Of a DNA stretch of 64,000 nucleotides, positions 18,066 through 29,400 are shown piece by piece. The stretch lies in IMG/VR virus record IMGVR_UViG_3300021960_009431. One strand, written 5' to 3'. Source of the stretch: a virus. The notes below the pieces were generated by a model. It did not search any database, was not told the DNA's origin, and worked only from the letters and a program-made list of their open reading frames with translations. Positions within the stretch are counted from its first letter, which is position 1. Each line of letters starts with the position of its first letter. Both the position numbers and the translations under genes were made by a program.

Positions 18066-20560
18066 TGGCTACGGATAATAAAACATCAGTACTAGTAAAT
18101 TCTCTACTACCTGAGTTTTTAGATACAGAAGGACCTAAGTTTCAAGCGTTCGTAAAAGCGTATTACGAATGGATGGAAACAACCGGTCAAATGACTGATC
18201 ACTCTAAAAATATATTAAATAATCAAGATATAGATCAAGCCGCAGAAGAATTTTTAAAATATTTTAAAAGAGAAGTATTAACTGATTTTCCAGAAGAGAT
18301 ATTAGCAGATAAAAGGCTTGTATACAAAAAAATTAAAGACTTGTATAGATCTAAAGGTTCAGAAGAATCTTATAAGCTGTTATTTCGTATTCTATATGAT
18401 GAAGAGGTTGATTTTTATTACCCTGGTCAAGATTTATTAAGAGCATCAGATGGACGTTGGATTCAAGAAACTTCTATAAGACTAACAAAACCTTTTAGAG
18501 GTGATCCTGATTTACTAGCAGGTGAAATTAAAGGTAGGACATCTGGAGCGACTGCAAAAGTAGAACGAGTACAAAACATTTTTGTAGATAATATTGAAAC
18601 ATATGAAGTGTTTGTAACTAATATTGAAGGTACTTTTTTAGATGCCGAAGAAGTGGATAACACCGCTAATAATATATCTGGTACACTTATATCAAGATCG
18701 GGTACTTTACAGAATGTAATTATAACTGATGGCGGCTCAGGACATCAAAGAAATGATTTAGTAACTATTACTAGTGCATCAGGTACAGGTGGACGTGGTA
18801 CTATTACTATTACTACAGGTGGAGCAATTAACAAAGTTGCTGTAACTAATACAGGTTCTGGTTTTGTACGTACTGATCCTCTAATAATTAATAACACCAC
18901 TCGTTCTGCTGTTGATGCGACAGCAGCCGGTCTCTTATCAGCACCTATTGAATATACTGGTCGTTATAACGATGTAAAAGGTTTTCTATCATGGAGTAAT
19001 AAGCTTCAAGATAATAGATATTATCAAGAATATTCTTATGTGTTAAGATCATCACAGGTATTAAATACCTATAAAGAGATTGTAAAAGATGTAGTACATC
19101 CAGCTGGTAAAAGACTTTTTGGCGATGTTTTAATAGATGTAAATATTGATAATACAAGCACATTCGGTATTACTAATCAATTTATTAATTATCAGGAATT
19201 TAATTTAGAAGATGCTATATTTATTCCTCAAGTAGTGTCTGCATCTATTGAACAGTATGAGTCTTCTGGAGATGATGGTGCTATTGTACCACGTCCAGAG
19301 ATTGAAATTGAACAAATTGAAACATTCTTTGATATTGATATTCCTGATGCAGGAACTGGTTATCAGGTTGAAATCGAACTACAAGCTGCTCAACAGTCTG
19401 CATTATTAGCAGCAGATGCTATTATTTCTGCTCAAATTATTTTCATTATACAAGACGTTACTCTTAATACAAGAACTGCTAATTTAGCATTAATACAGTT
19501 AAATGAAGTTTGGTCACCAACTGATCCTGAGACAGATCCTCAATTTGCAAATACAGGTGCGCTTTGGTTAACACCTAACGGTGAGTATTTAACCCCTCAA
19601 ACAGCATCTAATATTCAATTGTTAAGTGATGTAGCAGTTGGATTACATACATTTGGTGTACCAGATGCTACACCTACACTCTCGTTAATTTCTGTAAATA
19701 ATGCTATAATGCCATACAGCTCTTTACCAATTTACGCTTTAGAAGATAAATTGCAAGACGGCTGGGGTCTCAATGAATACTCATCGCCAAGAACAAATAT
19801 AGGCACATATAGTGCAAACACATTAAATAATAGTGTTTCTGATTTTGAAACTAATTTCCCAGGTGTGCCTAGCGATTGGACAGTAGGTTATTCACCGCTT
19901 GAAGTTTCTTCTATAACCTCAACAACAAGTGTACCAACAGACAGTACATTTAATTTTGAGTTTAATGCATTTAGATTAATAGGTGATATACCTGTAGATG
20001 AACTAGACGATAATGTTATTGATCCATTCTATACTAATAAGGACTTTAATTTTGAATTAACTATACCTCTTATTAATTCATTTGGTGATTTCCATCACTT
20101 CCAACAAGCTACAGGTACAATTAATACTGTATTTGTAAATGATTTACTTCTAGCTAACAGCACAGCAATTGCTGATTATCAAGATTACCAACTTCAAGTA
20201 GCTGGTACTAATAGAGTAATTGAAGGTATTGGAACACGATTTGATCTAGAAGCAGAAGCTAATAGTCAAGTGATGCTACGTTATAATGCTAACCCAGCAA
20301 CATTTATTTACAACAAAATTGATACATTAATAGATTCTAATACACTTATACTTACATCTAATGTAGCTGTAAATGTAACTGGTGGAGATATTTTCTTTAC
20401 ACCATTTAAGGTGTATGAAGTACTTATAAATACAGGTATAAATAGTACAGATATTCCAAATGATGCACTTATCAGAATTACAAACACGTTCTCATTTGAT
20501 AGCGCAAATACAACGTTTGATAGTGCAAATACAACTTTTGATCAGATAGAGATAAATTGA
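18065..20560 (+). CDS. gp7: Baseplate wedge initiator gp7-like
   Basis: F.KAYYEW, YRSKGS..S..LLFRILY, SDGRW, LQDNRYYQEYSYV, VHPAG motifs; C-terminal TFDSANT repeats. Confidence 0.8.
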   Translation: MATDNKTSVLVNSLLPEFLDTEGPKFQAFVKAYYEWMETTGQMTDHSKNILNNQDIDQAAEEFLKYFKREVLTDFPEEILADKRLVYKKIKDLYRSKGSEESYKLLFRILYDEEVDFYYPGQDLLRASDGRWIQETSIRLTKPFRGDPDLLAGEIKGRTSGATAKVERVQNIFVDNIETYEVFVTNIEGTFLDAEEVDNTANNISGTLISRSGTLQNVIITDGGSGHQRNDLVTITSASGTGGRGTITITTGGAINKVAVTNTGSGFVRTDPLIINNTTRSAVDATAAGLLSAPIEYTGRYNDVKGFLSWSNKLQDNRYYQEYSYVLRSSQVLNTYKEIVKDVVHPAGKRLFGDVLIDVNIDNTSTFGITNQFINYQEFNLEDAIFIPQVVSASIEQYESSGDDGAIVPRPEIEIEQIETFFDIDIPDAGTGYQVEIELQAAQQSALLAADAIISAQIIFIIQDVTLNTRTANLALIQLNEVWSPTDPETDPQFANTGALWLTPNGEYLTPQTASNIQLLSDVAVGLHTFGVPDATPTLSLISVNNAIMPYSSLPIYALEDKLQDGWGLNEYSSPRTNIGTYSANTLNNSVSDFETNFPGVPSDWTVGYSPLEVSSITSTTSVPTDSTFNFEFNAFRLIGDIPVDELDDNVIDPFYTNKDFNFELTIPLINSFGDFHHFQQATGTINTVFVNDLLLANSTAIADYQDYQLQVAGTNRVIEGIGTRFDLEAEANSQVMLRYNANPATFIYNKIDTLIDSNTLILTSNVAVNVTGGDIFFTPFKVYEVLINTGINSTDIPNDALIRITNTFSFDSANTTFDSANTTFDQIEIN

Positions 20561-20567
20561 GGAGCTA

Positions 20568-21872
20568 ATGGCTAAGTCAACAATTTTAGTAGGAAGTTCA
20601 GCTGACGATGGTTCAGGTGACAGCTTACGTAACGGCGGTATTAAAATTAATAATAACTTCACTGAAGTGTATAATGCACTTGGTGACGGTACAAATATTG
20701 TTAATATAGCTTCTAATACCTATGTTAATACAACATTTGAAACTAAAGCTATAGCTCTTGCAGCTAATACTGCACAAAATAGTTTGATTAACGATAGATT
20801 GCAAGTTGCTAATGCAAGCGTATTGTATCAAACTAAAGCTGTAGCTCTTACAACTAACAACGCTGTAGTTAATTTAATTAATGATAGAATGCAAGTTGCT
20901 AATACTGTTAATTTAGTAAATGATAGATTGCAAGTTACTAATGCTAATATTACATTTGAAACAAAAGCAGTTGCGTTAGCAGCTAATACTACACAAAATA
21001 ATTTAATCAATGATAGATTACAAGTAGCTAATGCAGATGTTTTATATCAAACTAAAGCTATTGCATTAAGTACTAACACTACATTAGTTACATTAATTAA
21101 TAATCAAACAAAAACTAGATTACAAGTTGCAAACGCTGCAGTAATTTATGCAACTAAAGCTACTGCTCTTTCATCAAACAACTCATTAATTAATTTAATT
21201 AATGACAGAATGCAAGTTGCAAACGCTGAATCAATAGGTATTAGTTCTGCCACTTGGGTAGATGCAAATGATACTATTACATTTACAAGGCCTGATGGAA
21301 CATCACCCGATGCATTAGATATAAAAATTACAGGGTTTGGTGGAGCAGGAGCTACGCAAAACGTTTATGCTACTATAACAGGTGATTCAGGATCAACCAC
21401 CTCTAATGTTGCTAAAGATACACTAACTATTTCAGGAAATAATGGTATTGAAACTTTTGTATCTGGAGACACTTTAAAAGCCCATCTTCATAGATATGAA
21501 CCTTCTATAGCATCACTAGAAGTATCAGCTAATGGATCAGCAGGATATTTATTTGGAAGTCATTATCCTACAGCTCTTGGAAACAATCCAACAATATTTG
21601 CTATTAGTGGAACTACATTAGCGATTGATACAAGAGGGTTAAGTGCCCACCCGTTTGCTATACAGGATGCTGGTGGCAATAATTATAGTAATAATTTAAT
21701 TTATGTTGCTGGTAACGGTGCAGTTAGTGAAGGTGCAGCTGCTCAAGGTAAATACGGTGGAATTCTTTATTGGAGAATCCCGTACAATGTAACCGGTAAT
21801 TTTAAGTATGTGTGTACCGCTCACCCTGCTATGAACGGCGTAATAACAATAAAAAATATTGCTTCTATTTAA
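20568..21872 (+). CDS. Baseplate/fiber protein: gp9/gp10-like N-terminus, coiled-coil repeats, C-terminal cupredoxin-like domain
   Basis: DDGSGDSLR.GG.KINNNF.EVY N-terminus; LINDRLQVAN repeats; HPF...YVCTAHPAMNG. Confidence 0.65.
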   Translation: MAKSTILVGSSADDGSGDSLRNGGIKINNNFTEVYNALGDGTNIVNIASNTYVNTTFETKAIALAANTAQNSLINDRLQVANASVLYQTKAVALTTNNAVVNLINDRMQVANTVNLVNDRLQVTNANITFETKAVALAANTTQNNLINDRLQVANADVLYQTKAIALSTNTTLVTLINNQTKTRLQVANAAVIYATKATALSSNNSLINLINDRMQVANAESIGISSATWVDANDTITFTRPDGTSPDALDIKITGFGGAGATQNVYATITGDSGSTTSNVAKDTLTISGNNGIETFVSGDTLKAHLHRYEPSIASLEVSANGSAGYLFGSHYPTALGNNPTIFAISGTTLAIDTRGLSAHPFAIQDAGGNNYSNNLIYVAGNGAVSEGAAAQGKYGGILYWRIPYNVTGNFKYVCTAHPAMNGVITIKNIASI

Positions 21873-21908
21873 TATAAATAGATAAAAATATATTCGGAGA
21901 ACAAACAG

Positions 21909-23444
21909 ATGCCAGGTATTGTAACCAAACGATTTAGAATTCATAATGCTGAACAGTTTCAGGAAGCATTTAGTGAAGCTGTAGATACAAAAATGTATCT
22001 TTTTATTGCTCGTGTTAATACATGGGATAATGGAGACACTGAACCCACACCAGTTGATACTATTAGAGAGTCAAGATTTGAGCCGTGGCGGCAGATGATT
22101 GCAGCAAAACGTGTTCAAGAATCTGATGTATCTTTTTGTGTGCCTCGTTATAACTGGACGTCCGGTACTGTATATTCCGAATATAGCGATACTGATAGTG
22201 GTATGTACGGTAATCAGTTTTATGTCATGACCACTGATTTTAATGTGTATAAATGTTTGTTTAATGATAGAGGTGCAGCATCTACAGTAAAGCCAACTGG
22301 TACTAGCACTTCTATATTCCGTACATCTGATGGTTACAAATGGAAATTTATGTATTCTGTGTCAGCAGCTGATGTTCTCAAGTTTGTTACAACATCATTT
22401 ATTCCTGTAAAAACATTGACAGCAGATGATGGTACTACACAATGGGATATTCAGCAAGCTGCTACTAATAATTCTATTGATATTATTGATGTTACTGCTA
22501 ATGGTTCAGGTTATGCATATAGAGCAAATACTTTTGGTAGTGTAACTAACTCGTCTGTAGTTGTTCTTGATTCAAGTGCTAGTGCAGTTGATGAAGCTTA
22601 CACTGGCTCAGCTATCTATATTTCAGCAGGTTTAGGATCAGGTCAGCTTGCTAATGTTTCAGCATATATTGGTTCATCTAAAACATTAACTTTATCACCA
22701 GCATTTACTACTACTCCAAACAGTACAAGCTCCTACCATATTGGTCCAAAAATTCTAATTACTGGAGATGGTGTACCGGATAGTGCAAAAGCTTATGCTA
22801 ATGCAAGTAGTGGTCAAATTTCTCATATCAATATGATAAGTGTAGGATCTGGTTTCTCTAAAGCTAACGTTCAAATTTCTGGCACAGGTGGTACCGGCGG
22901 TAAAGGTGTTGCAAGATTGTCTCCTCCAGGCGGTCATGGATCAGACCCAGTTGGTGAATTAGGTGGCTTTAATGTAATGTTAAATGTACGTTTAGAAGGT
23001 ACAGAGGGTGGTAATTTTCCGACAAATAATGACTTCCGCACAATCGGAATTCTAAAAGACCCGTTAACTGCTAATGATATTGCAGCTAATGCAGCTGCTT
23101 ATGATACTACAACTAAACTCACTGTAACAAGTATAGCAAGTGGGCCGTTCTTCCAAGATGAAATTGTAAGAGGTACTGCTAACGGTGCTATAGGAAGAGT
23201 AGTAGAGTTTGCTAATACTAACGCTGCTGGTACCGCAGGTGTACTTAAAATAACTGATGTGGCTGGTACATTTGAAACAGAAACTATTACTGGTAATACT
23301 ACATCAGCTACTGCTACTATAGCATCAATTACTAGCAGTGAATTAAAAGCTTACTCAGGGGACATAATCTACAGAGAAAATCGGTCAGTGACAAGTAGAT
23401 CATCTGATCAGGTTGAAGATATTAAGATTGTTGTCCGCTACTAA
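21909..23444 (+). CDS. gp8: Baseplate wedge subunit gp8
   Basis: FR..NA, PRYNW.SGT.Y, FYVM...NVYKCL.N, DGYKWKFMY, GHGSDPV.ELG, R..DQ.EDIKIV motifs. Confidence 0.88.
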   Translation: MPGIVTKRFRIHNAEQFQEAFSEAVDTKMYLFIARVNTWDNGDTEPTPVDTIRESRFEPWRQMIAAKRVQESDVSFCVPRYNWTSGTVYSEYSDTDSGMYGNQFYVMTTDFNVYKCLFNDRGAASTVKPTGTSTSIFRTSDGYKWKFMYSVSAADVLKFVTTSFIPVKTLTADDGTTQWDIQQAATNNSIDIIDVTANGSGYAYRANTFGSVTNSSVVVLDSSASAVDEAYTGSAIYISAGLGSGQLANVSAYIGSSKTLTLSPAFTTTPNSTSSYHIGPKILITGDGVPDSAKAYANASSGQISHINMISVGSGFSKANVQISGTGGTGGKGVARLSPPGGHGSDPVGELGGFNVMLNVRLEGTEGGNFPTNNDFRTIGILKDPLTANDIAANAAAYDTTTKLTVTSIASGPFFQDEIVRGTANGAIGRVVEFANTNAAGTAGVLKITDVAGTFETETITGNTTSATATIASITSSELKAYSGDIIYRENRSVTSRSSDQVEDIKIVVRY

Positions 23445-23462
23445 ACTAAAGGTTGAATAATA

Positions 23463-26400
23463 ATGGCACGAGCTAACACTGCCTCTCTAGATACGAATTT
23501 TAATGTAGATCCGTATTACGACGACTTTGATGAAACAAAAAACTTTCACAGAGTTTTATATCGTCCCGGGTTTGCTGTTCAAGCTAGAGAGCTTACACAA
23601 ATGCAAACTATTTTGCAAAATCAAATCGATAGATTTGGTGAGCATATATTTAGAGAAGGAAGTGTAGTATCCGGTTTAGAAGTTAATTATGATGATGAAT
23701 ATAACTTTGTTAAAGTAAGAGACGGTGATAATACAGGTAACACTTTAGTATTATCTGATGGTGTTGGAAAATATATTACTGGTGCTACTTCTAATGTTAC
23801 AGCTATTGTTATTGATACTATTGATGGTTCAGAAGCAGATAGTCCTAATACAAAAACTCTTTATGTAAAATATATTGATACTGGTACTCAAGGTACATCA
23901 GGTAATACTACTTTTTCTTCTGGTGAAAGATTAATTGCTAATAGTGGTAGTTTTACCGCTAATGTTATTAGTTCAGGTGTAACTACTGGTTCAGGTAGTC
24001 ATATTAAAATTGAAGAAGGTATTATCTTTGCAAAAGATCATTTCATAAAAATACCATCAGCTAATCTTTTATTAGGTAGATACTCTTCTAATGTAAGCTA
24101 TAAAATAGGATTTAATATAGCAGAAGAAATAGTAACTTCAGCAGGAGATACTTCTCTTTTAGATCCATCTCAAGGTTCATTTAACTATACAGCACCTGGT
24201 GCAAATAGATTAAAATTAAATCCATCAGTAGCAAAATATGAATTAACTGCTAATACTGGCGATGATTTTGTAGAAATTTACAGAGTACAAGAAGCGCACA
24301 CTGCTCTTAATAATGAAAAACCAAGATATTCAGAAATAAGAGATTATTTTGCACAAAGAACTCATGACATTAACGGTGATTTTATTGTAAAAGGTCTTGG
24401 TGTACGTTTAAGAGAGCATTTAGAGCAAGCTAATAATCAAGGTGTTTATTCTGTTGCAAATGGCGGAGATAGTACAAAATTAGTTGTAGATATTGATCCA
24501 GGTAAAGCTTACGTTGGTGGTTATGATATCGAAAACTTAATTACAGCTCATGTAAATACAACTAAATCAACTGATTTTAATTCTATTGAAGCTTCAACTG
24601 TATCTGCTAACTATGGTAATTATGTGGTAGTAAAAGAAGTTTCCGGTGCATGGGATGTTAACACTCATGACATAGTTAACTTACATAAAGGTTTTGCACG
24701 GTCAGTTTCTAACACACTTTACTCTACATCTGCACCAGCTGGTGATTTATTAGGTACTGCTCGAGTAAGAGCTTTAGAATATGTTTCTGGTACTAAAGGC
24801 GATTCTGAAGCAAAATATAATATGTATTTGTATGACGTCAAAACTACAGCTAATACATTTAGTGAAGTAAGATCAATAAGAATAGATAATTCAGCAGGAA
24901 GTCAAGCTAATGGTATTGCTGATGTTATAGTAAGCTCTGCTAATACTGCTTCGTTTAACGAAAACACTTTTAATAGAGCAGTTTTTAGATTGCCTGCAAA
25001 AGCAGTTAAAAGACTAAGAGATACTACAGGTAATATTGATACTAATTTTCAATTCTTAAAAAGCTTTGATGTTACTATTGCGGCGGATGGTACATTCAGT
25101 GTTGCTACTGGAGCAGCAGATGAGACATATCCATTTTCAGCAGGTGCATTAAATGCAACACAGAAAAACGCAGGTTTTTATGTAGTACTTAATGCTAATA
25201 CAGCTAGTACAAGCACTGTAGATACGGGTTCTATGGCTAATATGGCCAATACTGTAACCGGTCTTACCTCAGCGGCAACTAAATTTAATGTTGGTGATAG
25301 AATTCAACTAGCTGATTATGCTAATAATTTTACTGTATCATCTGTTTCTTCTACATCGTTAACTACTTTAGAACCTGCTCTTGCAGCAATTTCTTCTAAA
25401 GGTGTTGTCAAAAAGTTTAATAAAGGTCAAGTTATTGACATGTCGGGTGTTGGAGGAGATAATGGTTCAAGAACAGTGACGATTGCTTCAGCAACTTCTG
25501 CTACTTTTGATATACAAGAAACTTTGACAGGTACTGCTACTGCTACTGTTATAACGGAATTGACTAAAGTAGATGGTAGAGAGATCGCTAAAAACTTTAA
25601 CTCTAACCGTTTTGTAGAAGTTACAGTTAATGCGTCTGATGGAACAACCAATACAACCGGTCCTTGGAATCTCGGTCTTTCTGATATTCACGAAATAACT
25701 GAAGTAAGAAAACAAACAGGTAATACAGCATTTACTGCAGTAACTCAAGGTACAGATGTGACTGCTAACTTTTTACTCGATAACGGGCAAAAAGATAATA
25801 TGTATGATCATGGTAAATTAAAATTAAAACCAGGTTCGTCAGCATCAGCTGGTGATGTTTATCTAGTAAAATTAAATTACTTTACTCATGATACATCGCA
25901 AGGTGTTGGATACTTTTCTGTAGATTCTTATCCTATTGACGATGTATTAGTTTCTAATACAACTGCAATTACTACACAAGAAATACCTTTATTTGTATCA
26001 CCAGCAAGCGGCAATCTTCTTGATCTAAGAGACTGTATTGATATTAGACCAAGAATTACAGATACAGCTGCAGATGCAACATCTGTAGGTGCAGCAACTA
26101 CAAACCCTGCTACAAGTACTACTATTGTCTCACCTTCAGGTGGTTTGAGATTTATGGCTCCTAATGAAAATCTAACTGCAGATTTAGATTATTATCTAGG
26201 AAGAAATGATAAAATTTCACTATCACCGTCAGGAGATATTAGAGTTACTAAAGGTAAATCATCAATTAACCCAGTAACACCAGAAGAGCCAAGCGGACAT
26301 CTACCTCTTGCAACTGTATATGTGCAACCATTTCCATCTCTTGCACCTGATACAGCTAAAAACTTTAATAGATATGATCTTTCTGCATATATTGAACCGA

Positions 26401-29400
26401 TTAAATCTAGACGATTTACAATGCAAGATATTGGTAACATAAAAACTCGTTTAGATAAAGTAGAATATTATACTAGATTATCTTTAGCAGAGCAAGAAGC
26501 TAAAAATTTAAATTTTGCTGACGGTAATGGTATAGATAGATTTAAAAATGGAATGATAGTTGATACCTTCACTGGTCATAATATTGGTGATGTTGGTAAT
26601 CCAGATTATGCTGCTGCTATTGATAAATTAAAAGGTGAATTGAGACCTCAGTTTAAATTAAATAGTATACAACTTGATTCTCAAACAGCTAATAGTTCTA
26701 ATTTAGTATTAGGACCAAGTGATGCTACTTTAACAGTTAGTGGTACAGCTACTTTTACAGTTGGTGAAACTATTACCGCCGGCGCTGCATCAGGTAAGCT
26801 AGTCTATCAGGTAGGTCGTAAACTTTACTTAGAACAAGTATCTGGTACATTTTCTACATCTACAACAGCATCTGGTGGTTCAAGTTCTTCGAGTGGAGCA
26901 ATATCAGCAGTTTCAACCTCAGGTAATGGTTTACTAGCTACACTACCTTATACTCATTTATCAGTTATTGATCAACCTTCTGCTACAACAACACGAAATG
27001 CCGCTGGTTTATTCTGGTCATTTATTGGTAATATTTCACTTTCTCCAGATACTGATATGTGGGTTGATACTACAACAGCTCCAGATATTCAGCTTAATTT
27101 TGAGTCTAATTTAGATAACTGGCCTGGATTAGAAAACTCCTGGCAAACAGAATGGAATAACTGGCAAACTACAGGTACAGGTGTAAGTTCAAGTTCTTTT
27201 AATTCTACAAGAGAGACAAGAGTACGTAGTGCAACTGGGTTGCCAGCTGGAGGAAATAGAGTAGCTGATGTAGATACTATTTTTCGAGAAACTACAACCA
27301 ACCAAGTGCGTAGTGTAACTACAAGTCAATCTCGTACAGGTATATCAACTGGTATTGAAATTCAATCTCAAACAGAACGCACTGGTCCTAGAGTAATTGA
27401 TACTAATTTAATTCCGTTTATGAGATCTAGAATTGTTCAAGTAACAGGTAGAGGTTTTAAACCTAATACTAAATTATATTCTTTCTTTGATGGTACCGAT
27501 GTTTCAGCATTTGTTACACCAACAACATCTGCATTTGCAAATACTGCAGTTGAAGGAGGAAGCTTATTCTCTAATAGTGAAGGTGATGTTTATGCAGAGT
27601 TTAGAATACCTGCAAGTGGCAATTTAAGATTTAAAGTTGGTGATAGATTATTTCGTTTAACTGATAATGTTACAAATGCTTCTGGTGCCGGTTTAACTAC
27701 AACATCTGGTGAAGCTTTATATTCAGCTAGAGGTTTAAGTCAGACTGTACAAGATACAGTTATATCAACTAGATTGCCTCAGCTAGCAACTAGAACTGTT
27801 TCTGAATCAAGAAGCTTTACTTCAAGCGCTGTAGTTTCAAGTCAATTAACTGCTAGAGAACCTGTAAGAAACGAAGTTACTTGGAGACAAGTTCCTCGAC
27901 CTCGACCACGTGACCCAATTGCGCAAACATTTATTATAGATAATAGTGCAAGAGGTGTTTCATCAAGTGGAGCATTTCTATCTAAAATAGATCTATTCTT
28001 TGGTTCAAAAGATAGTTCCCGTCCAGTTTTTATTGAAATAAGAGAAGTAGATCCTACATCATCATTTATTACTAATAAAATTGTTCCATTTTCTGAAGTT
28101 ATAATAGAAGCAGCTGATATTAATACAAGCTCAGACGGCTCATCACCAACACCAGTTAATTTTAAAACACCTATTCACTTGAAAGATCAAACTGAATATG
28201 CTGTAGTAATTAAACCAGGTGCAGATAATCCTGATACTACTCTTTTTGTATCACGTTTAGGTGGTAATGATTTAATTACAGGGGAAAGAATAGTTAAACA
28301 GCCATATGTTGGTACAATGTATGCTTCTTCTAATAACAAAGCTTGGAATGCTATTCAAGAAGAAGATCTTAAATTTAAACTATATATTGCTCAATTTACT
28401 ACAGGCACAACTGCAGCTACTGTATTTAAAAACAAAGATATTGATTTTATGAAGATCAATAATGGTGCTAATACATTTAATACGATTGGAGAGAGTATTC
28501 ATGGCGAGACAACTCTTACATTAAGTAATGGTATAACAGTAAATTCAAATATGGTTCTTGTTGGTAATACATCTGGAGCAAATTGTGTGGTTACTTCTAA
28601 TAACTCAGGAACAACTTCAATAAGAGTGAAAGATGTATCATTAACTAAATTTACTACAGGTGAGCATATTAATGTAAAAATTAATAATGTAAAACAAGCA
28701 GATTTTGGTACTATTAGCGGACAGTCAACCGCTACAGGTAAGATAGCTTACTATGATAGAGTAAACGAATCTGGTAATACTATTATTCATGTTGATAATG
28801 TTTCTGGAACATTTACTAATGGACATCAAATAAAAGGTCAAACAAATAGTAAAACTGCTACTATTGAAAGTATAGATGTTCTTGAAGTAGATACTTTACA
28901 TCTTAATTCAAGTTATGTATCATTTGATAATACGACAGTATCACCTTTTATAAAATTAAATACTTCAAAAACAGCTAGAGATAGTGCTTTTAGAAGAATT
29001 GAAGATAATGAAAATGAGGAATTTACTACACCTAGATTTGTACTTTCTAAATCAATAGAAAATGCAAATATTAGTGGAGAAAAATCTGCAGAATTTAAAT
29101 ATGAATTTAGTACTACTGATCCTAATTTATCTCCAATGTTTGATATTGAAAGAGTTCAAGCTATTGTAGTAAATAATAAAATTAACAACGATTCTACAGG
29201 TGAAACCTCAGCCTCAGGTGGTAATGCTGAAGCTAGATATATGACAAGAATACTAGAATTAGCAGATGGCCAAGATGCTGAAGATATTAAAGTAAAACTT
29301 AATGCATATAAACCTTCAGGTACTGATGTAAAAGTTTATTATAAAATACTTCATAAGGATGACAGTGACTTTTTTGATGATCGAAGCTGGGTAGCTATGG

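Noticed and set aside
20720-21230. CRISPR-like or DGR template/variable repeats
   Set aside because: Repeats are in-frame, degenerate protein repeats without unique spacers or A-specific mismatches; no cas or reverse transcriptase gene in the window
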